Source of the DNA: Mytilus edulis
Taxonomy: Eukaryota
Assembly (NCBI RefSeq): GCF_963676685.1
Contig: NC_092353.1
Coordinates: 4,526,001 to 4,590,000 of the forward strand
Reading direction: 5' to 3'
DNA: 64,000 bases
Numbering within the stretch: position 1 is the stretch's first letter; each line of letters starts with the position of its first letter. The notes under the pieces are model-generated. The model saw only the letters and a program-made list of their open reading frames with translations, was not told where the DNA came from and did not search any database. Of the stretch, positions 23,045 to 35,000 are shown piece after piece. The position numbers and the translations under genes are program-made.

Positions 23045-26000
23045 CTATGATCGTGTAACATAGCACATAGGAATGGCATGGTGATTGCAATCCACAGGTG
23101 ACAAACCATAAGCATATACTATATGTCCGTTAGTTCCTGTGAAGTATGATATGTAGGCTACTACGCATGTGTTGTGAGTAAGATGGAAATCGTGTTCAAT
23201 CAGTTGGGGATTCGCTGTCGTCTTGTCACTGTCCCAGATCCAATGATCCAATAAATCTTTAGACAAGGATGTAAATACCTCTGGAAAATAGCAGCAGTTC
23301 ATTAATAGTTGCTAGGATTTAAAAAAAGATAAAGTATGATTTCCATTGAGACAACTCTTCACAAGAGACCAAATGTTACAGAAATTAACAACTGTATGTA
23401 ACGTCTTCAACAATGGCTGGATCAAACATGCTAGGACGTTCATTTATGTTTGCTGTCTTGCGTTTAAAAAGTAAAAATAAATTATTCAAAGATTTAAGCT
23501 AAGGAAGGACCTTAAACTTCCTATAAAATAGAAGAGCACAAACAAAATATTGTTCTGCACCTATCATATTCTAAATTATGCGCTTGTTATTCAGTGGTTG
23601 CCGTTTGTTGGTGTGGTTCATTGGGGTTACTCTCGTTTTTTTATTTTGTTATATAGAATTGTATTACACTAGTCATTTGCGGGCCTTTTATAGCTAGCTG
23701 TTCGGTGCGATCCAAGGCTCCATGTTGATGGCAGAACTTTGACCTATAATTGTTATCTTTTTATACATTGTGACTTGGATGGTGAGTTTTCACATTAGAA
23801 CTCATACCACAAAGAAATCAAAATATTGATAAATAGTCAATAATCGATTCTGTTCCAAAAAATATAAATTTTCGCACCTAGTTAGTTTAAAATGTGGGTC
23901 AGAGCTGGGACTGTCGGAATGGTTGATTAGGTACCCCTAATGTTATATGTATGACGATGTTTAAGAGATGGCTTTACTTAAAAAAAAATATCACCTAACG
24001 AGTAGTAGATTTCTAACAAGAAGCAATCCTCTTTTTTTTAAAAAGAAATCCTTAGGTATTTCTGGAATATCTTGTCACCTATTTTGTGCAAGGAGATATG
24101 TGTTCAATTTGCTGTCTCGGTATTGCTTCATAAAACGTAAAATTGCGAAATAGCCTTTTATATGATTATATTTTTACTTTAATTTTTAATTATAGAAACT
24201 TACCGTCACCATGGTGATGATTGTTGTCATAGTGAGAGAACACGTTCAATATTTCCACTTTGTCTGAGAATTTAACCAGATGAGCACACCTATCATGACA
24301 GTAGCGCTAAAAATAAATTTATAGTCTATCATTAGTAACAGATATATTTTTACAGTAAAAGAACATTAATACCACACTTCGAGGAAAATTCGACAAAACA
24401 AACGCACATAAAGTAAACACATCTTAGGTCTAAATATTACTACCTCAGCATTGACTTTGGTCACGTTTATGTTCGGTGGCATGTGGTAACAGTTTTTGCC
24501 TATTGGTTTAAATCCCGCTGGACAGGTCAGATGATACTGATAACTACAATCTGAAAAATGCAATGTGTCATTGATTACAAATAACGCTTTGTTTCATACC
24601 ACCGCTGTTCATATAAACTATGTAAAAATTATTCGTCATTTCAATGTAAACGAACCACACCATTAAATATTATAAATGACTGGACATTAAAATTTTTCTC
24701 ATATCTTCTTTTATCAAAAGTAATGTGTGTTGGTTCTTTTTATGTTTGCTGTTTTGTCGACAATGATCTATACATATTCCTCTACTCAAATTCCATTAAT
24801 TGATATCAAGCGTCAATCACAATAAAAGAAAATCCAGAACAGCGGTTCAGATGTAAAACATTAAGTCTGATACTATTTTGATTTTAATACTGATAAAAGT
24901 ACATCCAGACATGCGGTTCGGAAGCTCCAACTTTTTAAGGCGTTGTTATCAATATGAAAGTTTGATAATCTAGAAACACTTGTTTTCTTTATGTTGGTTT
25001 GCCGACGTTTGGTCTATTTCTCTAACACTCTTAATACATATTGATTAATGTTTATTTCAAGAGTCATTGGCGAGGAATTACTTTAGAAATGCGTAATTTA
25101 TATCATTGATTGGATTGTTCTTAAGAATTAACTAAAGGTGTTTTCAAATAACGCTTTGGGAATAATCGTTCACATACATATCAGATTCAATAAGTACCCA
25201 ACTATAAATGAACACATTTGACTGTTTGTAGATCATTATTTGCTCTTTATTGATCTTACGTGTTCTAGCATATATAATTTTTCATTTTTCATACTTTGTC
25301 CAACTATTGCAGGCGATGAAGTAGAGACCGTAGCGACTGAAGGTTGAGTTGTCACCGCACCATCGGGATGTGTATTGCAAAAGTCACCAACACAGCATCC
25401 CCCGGTGAAGGTAAACTTATCCCGTCTACCTAATACGTGACCTGATGGTGTTTGCAGAAGGTTGCATACCTTTAGAAACAAAATACATATAAAAATGAGT
25501 ATGTGAAAAGTGTTAATAACATGATAACAAGATATCTTACAAGTAATAATTCTGAGGATATCAACAAATAAGTTTTTATTAATACTTTGTTAATAAAATA
25601 AATTATTAAAGATGTAGTTTGATTGCCAATGAGAAAGCTTAGGAACAAAAAGACTAGGCCACAAACATGTTAATTAATTCATCCAATGACCTTGCTTTGT
25701 TGTTGTTGTTTTTTTTTTGTTTGGAAGGGGGGGGGGTTACCTTGGCCTGTATGAGTACAACCACAGAAGTTAATAAACTGAATTTCTCATAGGACATGTA
25801 GAAAATTCGTCTGTTCGGAACAAATTTCAGTAGCTTCATGCATACGGTTCCTGGCTGTTTTTCGCATATTAAGTTTGAAAGCGTTTAAAACCAACGAGTA
25901 CCAACAACAATGGACTTAACTAGTAATCTTAACAGTACCTGTTCGTCAATGCACCCTAGTTCGACTGCTGGCAATCTGTTTGATCCTATTTTCTCATAGC

Positions 26001-29000
26001 CATAACATTGCTGAATCAAAAGTGAAATTGTATAAACCTTTTTTTTTTAAGTATTTCTGTCAGACAAGATACACAGCCTAAAGATTTAAAAAAAGTACCA
26101 GCTATAGTAGTTCATATTCAATTGATCAAGCATTGCAATTGTCAAATTTTCAAATAATACTGTAGAGAAAAGATCTTAAATTTGATATCAATAGCCCTTT
26201 AGCATTTTTTTTGCTGTCTTAATATATAGTACTATTCAATATTTATAAAGAAAAAATGCTTTGATTTTATGTTTTGCTATAAATTCATTCCAATAAAATG
26301 TGTTATTGTAATAAAAAGAGTCATCTGCATCAAATAATATACTCGCAAGGCAACACTAAAACTTAACTTCTTTGCACCTGTCCAGATATGTCCAAGCCAG
26401 GAAGCCTTAGGCTTTGGTAGTCTTGTGGCGATATTGTTGTCATTTGTATGTCTCAAGGTTTATAATTGCGTCCATTTCGACGATCATTTATTAATCATTT
26501 TTTCTATTCTCTATTTCATTTAACCAGAAACACTTACACAACCTTGTGAAAGCACAATTACTCTAATCACATGGCCGGTAAGACGTGATAACCAATATAA
26601 GTATTTGTGTTGTAGGTACTTTTATCCAGTCAGGGAAAACGTCAACCAATTTAAATAAGTCTTCATATCGTTTTGCAAGAAATCAAACGTGCAAATTTAA
26701 AGCATTCTCCTTTAAACACAATGATCGACAGGAACCGCACAATATCCATTTTTTTCGTAAATAAAGTACTGACAACTAACCTTTCCATATCCACATGCTG
26801 TTGTTTTAGTACAATTAGCTGGATGATTGACTTCATTGCAGTCAAGACAATAAACTACAACATTTATAAAATGAATGAAAAATTGTTCCATTAAAAAAAA
26901 CCAATTGGTTTAAAAGAAGGGAAAACAAATAAAAAAGATAAGGAAGGAAAGATATCATTTAGAAATTTTCCTCTCGCACGTAAAACCCAAAGTTACAAAA
27001 GGAACACATTGAGTTCTTTGCACTTTATGTTTTTGAATTAAGTATAGTTTGAACTATTTTACTAAAAAGGCAATATCAACAAAAAATGTCAAGAATTCTA
27101 TTTTTGCAAGCTATTGTGACATGTCCTAATCAGCAAGTAAAGTCACACTTGAATTATTTATATATTTTGTCTACTTACAACATTTCTTACACATATGAGG
27201 ACATATTTTGGAAGCGATACAGTCGTCAGAGCAAGGATTAGGATGAACTATTGCCAGCCTTGTACATACATCGTCGTCCAGGTTCACACAGAAACTTTTA
27301 TCAGTAGTAGATACTATATAAAATTAAACACAATGTATATACCATATATCGTCTTTTCGTTTTCAAAGGGGATCAACACATCTTCCAATTTAAAAAAAAA
27401 AAATGTGTAAAATCGAATTATATAATATTTCAAATACTCAAATGCAAAAAGGTAAAAATCACAAAAATACTGCACTCCGAGGAAAATTCAAAACGGAAAG
27501 TCCATAATCAAATGTCAATATCAAAAGTTCAAACACATCAAATGAATGGATTACAACTATTATTATCATGACTTGATACAGGCATTTTGTTAAGTACATT
27601 AAGAAATTATTCGCTATGAAGAATTTTGATATTTAAAGGATTTCTTGTTACATTGTTTGAATGTTGAACTGAATTGTAGAATCGTTAAAACAGTTTCAAA
27701 TATATGAATTTATACATAAACTATTTTGTTCGAATTTCCTTGTTCATATAAATGATTTATATAAGTTCTTTTAATGTTATATAATCGTAAATATGGAAAC
27801 TGATTGCAGACATGGTGGAATGTTTTGAAATCATATATCATTATATTGTCATCTTATTAATTATTAAACATATTCAACATGTTCAACACTTTCAACACTT
27901 ACTTGTTGCATTAGTAAAATTTTGTTTTGGTATCACTTTCATGAGAGCGGGCGGTTTATTGTTACATTTATCAGTGTTACAGCATCCGGCATCTAAGTTT
28001 ACTCTTTTTGTTGATATCGAGGCATATTGTAGACAGGTCTAGGATACATAGAAAACATATTACATCTCAAAATATATGAATCGACGCTTCTTATCTGTTC
28101 GATATATAGTAAAATCATGCTTTCAATTATTACAATGACTAAATTAAGATTTGGGGATTAAAGCCAATGAAACAAATAGTTATCAAATGTACCAGGATTA
28201 TCATTTAAAACGTCAGACGCGCGTTTCGTCTACAAAGACTCATCAGTGACGCTCATATCAAGATAGTTATAATGCAAAACAAGTACAAAATTGAAGAGCA
28301 TTGAGGACCCAAAATTCCAAAATCATTTGAGTCAAACACGGCTAAGGTAATCTACTCCTGGGATAAGAAAACTCTTATTTTGTCTAAAATATTTAATATA
28401 AAAAAGAATATGTGGTATGATTGCCAATGAGACAACTATCCACAAAAGACCAAAATGACACAGAAATTAACAACTATAGGTCACCGTACGGCCTTCAACA
28501 ATGAGCAAAGCCCATACCGCCTAGTCAACCATAAAAGGCCCCAATAAGACAATGTAAAACAATTCAAACGAGAAAACTAACGGCCTTATTTATGTACAAA
28601 AAAAATGAACGAAAAACAAATATGTAACACATAAACAAACGACAACCACTGAATTACAGGCTCCTGACTTGGGACAGGCACATACATAAATAATGTGGCG
28701 GGGTTAAAGATGTTAGCGGGATCCCAACCCTCCCCTAACCTAGGACAGTGGTATAACAGTACAACATAAGAAGAAACTATAAAAATCAGTTGAAAAAGGC
28801 TTAACTCATCAGAAGGACAAATATACAAGTGGACGTGGCCCGGTACTTATACATCTTGACACAAAAAGACACAATAAACAGATCTGAGAGTACTCGCAGT
28901 TATCTGACAGCTAGTTCAAAGTTAAGTTTTGTCAACAGGAAATTTATTAAAATTACCATATAATAAATATTCATGTCAACGCCGAAGTGCTGACTGCTGG

Positions 29001-32000
29001 GCTGATGATACCCTCGGAGACCAAACGTCCACCAGCAGTGGCATCGACCCAGTGGTGTACCAGGATTATAATTTAATTCGCTAGACACGCGTTCCGTCTA
29101 CATAGACTCATCAGTGATACGCAGGTCAAAATAGTTATAACGCCAATCAAGTACAAATTTGAAGAGCATTGAGGACTAACAATCGTTGAGGAAAAAATAT
29201 GCATTATGCTACAATGTGGCAGAGGTATTGTCATATTGTATTGTTCTGCAATTGTGTAGCTCTATGAATTACAAAATATGCATGCAATTAGAAGAAAACA
29301 AAATTAAAGAAATAAAAGATGATCAAAATATGTGTTCGTCTCGAAATCGGACAATTATAAACTCTAGTTAATTAAAGGATAAAATGAAAGGATGATGAAA
29401 CACGAACTCTAATATACAAACCTTAATCGTACCACAACCAAAACGATAAGCCTCAGCATATACAAACCTTAATCGGACCACAACCAAGACGATAAGCCTC
29501 AGCATATACAAACCTTAATCGGACCACAACCAAGACGATAAGCCTCAGCATATACAAACCTTAATCGGACCACAACCAAGACGATAAGCCTCAGCATATA
29601 CAAACCTTAATCGGACCACAACCAAGACGATAAGCCTCAGCATATACAAACCTTAATCGGACCACAACCAAGACGATAAGCCTCAGCATATACAAACCTT
29701 AATCGGACCACAACCAAGACGATACGCCTCAGCAAAGTTAATGGTAAAAGTCTGGGCAGTAAAACAATACTGTAATATAATAATTTATCATCAATTGTTA
29801 TTTTTTTAGCTTTTTCTGTCAGCGTATTTGTTATTATCATTATCTATTTGCAGCTAGAAAATCTAAACGGTCTCAAATCCTATCTTTTAGAAGTATAGAA
29901 AAACAACAATTCAACATCTACCATTTTAAATTAAGGGGATCCTATTACGAGAGAAAAATTGTTGTTATTGGTTTTGGTAGGCGGCTTACTTATGTAGTAA
30001 TTGCGTCTTAAATTCATATAACATAAATATAAAGTATATATACTTTCAGTCTTTAATTTATTTTTAGTATTACGTTTTGGCGAGTAATAAAATGAAACTT
30101 TGACGAACATGGTTGAATGAATTACTAGGAAATATGTATATGTTGAGAGACAAAAAAAAATACATATCAGAAGGTACATGTAATAGGAAAATGAAAAAAA
30201 GAGCCAATGATAGTTCCTAATGAAATGTACATTATTAATTGATAGGTATCAAAAAAATTGTTTAGAAAATTTATTTGGTTGTTCACCTTTGATAGAAAAA
30301 TACAAATTGATATCCCGGTCGCTGCTTACATTAATCATATTTGCTAAGGAAACTATCAAAAATATTTTGGACCAAAAATTTGACATTATGCGGTAACGTT
30401 TCTAAGAAACTTTCAATATAGTTATGCATAGTGGTTTAGGAGAAGAAGTACGTTAGTGTTCACATATGGCAGGTACACCAAATAATAGGAATCGCATAAC
30501 GAAATGGAAAATGAGTTGAAAAAGTACATTATGTGAAAATTTAAAGTAAAGTGTCAAGCGGTTATGAAGCAATTGTGGATACATATGTTGGACAAACGAA
30601 CGAATTCTATTATCCCTACATCTACTGTCAGTTCTTGACAGCTTGTGCTATACCAATATTACACTGTCTTTACCTGATCTTTGGCACATGTCTTTACTGT
30701 AGTACATTGGGTAGCGTCGTCAACATCGATACATTCGTAGCAGGTCAGAGCTAAAAGCATTAGAAAACAAATGGAATAAAGAATAACAAGAAACATCATT
30801 TCGGTATATTCTTTTAATTTATGATAATAAATCATGTTTATATAGACTTGAATAAAATATCATTATAATAAATACACCAATCATTCATACGCGGTTAAAT
30901 AGTTACAACTCATACAGACGTCGCGCAAAATACTGGTGATAATAACGTAACGTCGGAAATATAGCAAAAAGCCGTCTTATTTTCTTGTTTTTTACGTAAC
31001 GTTTTTCTAATGTGATTTCTAATGTGTAAGCATTGATTCATTCAGGGTTTTTTTCATGGGAATATTTTTTTTCAGTAAAGATATTCATGTATATTTTATT
31101 TAACGAAAAATGTATATATATATATATATATATATACAACTCGTCTAAACATTATGTTTAGACGAGTTGTATATACATTATGTACACAGCCATGTATCAC
31201 CATCATTGATGGCGATCCGATGGATACATCTGTTGTAGGGTTGTCACTGACTCAGACGTACTTATATATATATATATATATATATTTTATATTTTTTAAT
31301 TATAAGCAGAGCCACGTTGAATCATTTCATTTGAATCGGAAAGGTCTACTAAAATATTTTATGAGTGGCTAAACAACAGTGCATGATGTTTTATAATTTA
31401 ATTCTTATTTCAATCCAAATTGTCCAATACAGAAAGAATGTCTAGATGGGTGTCCTCTGAAATAGTTATACGATAAGAGGCATCTACATCAGCAAGTATG
31501 TATAGCAGAGATTTCGTCGGTACCAAAGCAGTCTTTGTCTTTAAAAGTTTATATTTTAACGGATCATTGTCACTGATTTTGTCATAATAATGACCCCGGA
31601 AAACCTCGAATCCAGGGGGATATGTAGCACCCCAGCTGTCACTCTCTGCTGAATTCAATACGTGTGAACCTTTGGAAATTTTCATTAAATAATAGTCAAA
31701 GTTATCATCGTCGGTTTTGACAGCCACAACAGAGTTTATGGATACCAAATCTGATATGTCTTCTGAAAGAATGTCAGTGTCTTGTGCTACTTCTTCTTCG
31801 TTAGAAGTTTGTGTTATTTCGCGTGGCTTAATAGTTTTCTTTACCCCGGTATTTTCTACATTTAAACAGTTAAGATAATTCCCCAAAATGCATTGATCGC
31901 ACGTGTAACAAGAGAGATCGGAAACAATGATTTCATTACATGTACTAGTAAAAACATGATGTATTTGTCTATTTTGCTGGATCGGCTTAAATATTTTGGA

Positions 32001-35000
32001 ATTGTGTCTATCAATTGAGTCCACATATCGAAATACCCTTCTTTTAAATAATGCACTTCTTGGCTTTTTAAGGCTACTTTCGCAGAACGTAAATAAATCC
32101 TTCGCATTCTGAATCACTGTATTGCCACGTAGAACAGATATGTCCGCCTGTCTTTTTATAAATCCCCCCGCGGCATCTTGAGGCCCTTTTGCATGGCTTG
32201 TTTCAAAGAAATTTCTATGGAATGTTTTATATCCGAAATCAGGGATGGCAGTAGATAAACTTCCTAAACAGTGCCGCGATTTATATTGGCTAGAACAACC
32301 GTCTGTGAATTCATGCATATGATCAACTGTGTATGATATTGAATCTAAATATTCCTTAACTTTCTTTTGGACATATTTTGTAAAATCATTATCATGTTGC
32401 AGGTCCGGGGAAATTACGAAAAAATGTTCCGTAATTATTTCCGGAAATTCTTCTGTACTGTCTACACCATCGTATTCTAAAATGGCGTGTCGGTGCATGA
32501 CGGTTACATGAATGCTGCATTCAGTTCTTTGGAAGTAATTGGATTGGATTTCTTCTTTCTCGACACAGCGATAATTTTCCGAATAATCGTGGATGCATAT
32601 GCAATGATTGACTGGCAAGTTCTGAACAAGACTTTTAAGTTGATTGCTTTGCCAGTTTGATCGGTGCTGGTGAGCGGGGAAAGTTTCGAGAAGCTTTTTT
32701 AAATTGAGAAACATTTCGTTTACGCTAGTTTTCTTTTTTATCAGGGTCAGTCGGCGCCTTACATTTTTACCCTTCGATTTTTCAGTTATATATTCATATT
32801 TTTGCCATTCAACAGTTGAAGACGACTGTGATTCGTTGGGTGAAAGTTTGAAATTACCAACTCCGCAAAGGCTACATTTTCGGTCAAGACAATTTTTTCT
32901 ATAAAATCCATTTACTTTTGGACATAGCGTAATATGTATAAGGTCTGACATTTTCTCAAATACGGGATAGTCACTTTCTTGCGAATCGGTTTCCCTGTCA
33001 CACGATTTTCTGAACTTCATACATGCTTTGAAAACAAGGTTTGCTTCCACGTGATATCTACAACAGCATGTATTTCTATCTTTTTCAGATGCAGGTCTTA
33101 CGAAAAACGGTCGAAGTTTCTCAAATGCTCTTTGTCCAATTTTAATTTCCGGATATTTGGCGACAAAATCTAAATACGCATCAGTTTGTGTTTTTTCCAG
33201 CACGTGTGTCATATGCGAAGTATATAAGTTTGGTCCCAATCGTTCTCTTTTGATATCGGATTTGTTGCCGGTCGGGTGTGATATGCCATCAGAGAGCCAA
33301 AAGTTATAAACTGTTTTCTTTGTTTCTTCTGAAATGGAATCTTTTTTTGTTTTCTGTTGCGTAAGAGCCCATGCAGACGTTTCACTTTTAAGAATTCTAG
33401 ACCTAATACGCTGGCCTCCAGCAACCCTTCTTGCTGGCAAACCTAAATTTTTACACAGTTTAATTTTACCTCTCGAGTTTGCTAAATTTCCCCCGCTGAT
33501 TGATGCAGTAACAGAATTCATTACCGAACGTGCATTCTTAGATCGCTTTAATTTTGTAGATTTTATTATTTCTTGAATATCTGCAACGACGGCCATTTCA
33601 ACTGGCGAAACTGAATGTTTCAGATTAGCTATTGTTGGCGATCGAGGGGATCTGCGGGCCAAATAAGTCGATATAACTGCGCATCGTTTAGATGGAGATT
33701 TTGGTAAACCTTCTTTAAATTTTCTTAGGGCTCTGGCCTTTTCCATTCTGTTTTTGAAAACATTTGAACCTTCTGGTACAACAAGTGACATTGATGAAAG
33801 TTCTACATTTTTTTTACCTCTGTGTTTACGGACATTCATTTTATTTTTTAGTTTTCTTTCATTTATTTTCTTAGATTTCTCCCTTTGTTCTCTCTTTTTT
33901 CTTGCATTAATCGTTTGACTATATGTTTTTGTCTCGCTCTCTTTATTCTTGTACAACTTTCCATAAGATTTTCTACTCGTTTCATTTTTCTGAAGCCTTT
34001 TTCGTTCTCTGTTCCTAATAAGTATTTCCTTAGCCGAAAGTTTACTTTTTTTTCTGTTATTCATATTTCTGAAAGCATATTTATATTTGAATGTACACAA
34101 AATTTTGGTCTGATTTTTTTAAGTCCGATTATTTTAATTGATTGTTGGTTTATAAATACATTCAATAATTAAATATGAGTCTTTTTTGTCTCGTGTTTTA
34201 TTTTTTTGGAACTAATCATTCTCCTGAAACACCAGAGATCATTTCGGTTGTTTGAAGGGATTGGTGCCTCTTGTTTTGTCTACGAAAATTATCTAATATG
34301 GTAACTCTTCTTTTAGATTGTTCCAGAACTTCCTAAAGTCAAATCATTTTTTACGAATTTTAATATAGAATAATATTTTTATTTCATTAAGGGAGCAACC
34401 ATTTGATTTTAATGGGGGGGGGGGGGGGGGGGGGGGGGTGCTAGGATGAAAAATTTTGTCCGGCATTTTTTTTAGTTGTTATCTCGGTCCTGCCTTTTTA
34501 TTTTCACTATATTTGGTCCTGCCTTTTTTTACAAGTTTATCCTGGGTTTGTTTGCCAACTGCTCATCCTGCCCTTTTAACCCCACCGCAGTTCGCGCCTG
34601 TCCTAAGTCAGGTACCTATAGCTTTTGTTAGTCTTTTATATTTTTTTACTTTTAGTTCATCTCTGTGTTTCGAAGTGAAGAGTGGCGTCCATTTTCTTGA
34701 TCTAGTATACATTAGGATTTCGGGGCCTACTCAAGACCTCCTCTGGGTGCGGGATTTCTCGCATGTTGAAGACCCATTGGTGGCCTTGAGCTGTTTTCTA
34801 CGTTTTGGTCGGGTTGTTATCTCTTTGACATATTCCCCGTTTCCATTCTTATTCATTATTTTTTTACTCGAAACTCCTGTCTGCCTTTTTTTTACACTCA
34901 AAACCCCTGTCCTCCCTCTTTTTCAAATTTCATTCTAGCCCCCCCCCCCTTAAAAATCAAATGGAAGCTCCCTAAGGCAAAAACATGCCCATATCGTTTC

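Noticed and set aside
31862-34172. Short ORFs overlapping the transposase (31862, 32329, 32704, 32979, 33209, 33334, 33885)
   Set aside because: Shadow frames of the long transposase ORF.
34456-34938. 160-aa hydrophobic ORF
   Set aside because: It lies wholly within a T-rich MITE and SINE-like fragment and starts at a non-ATG codon.
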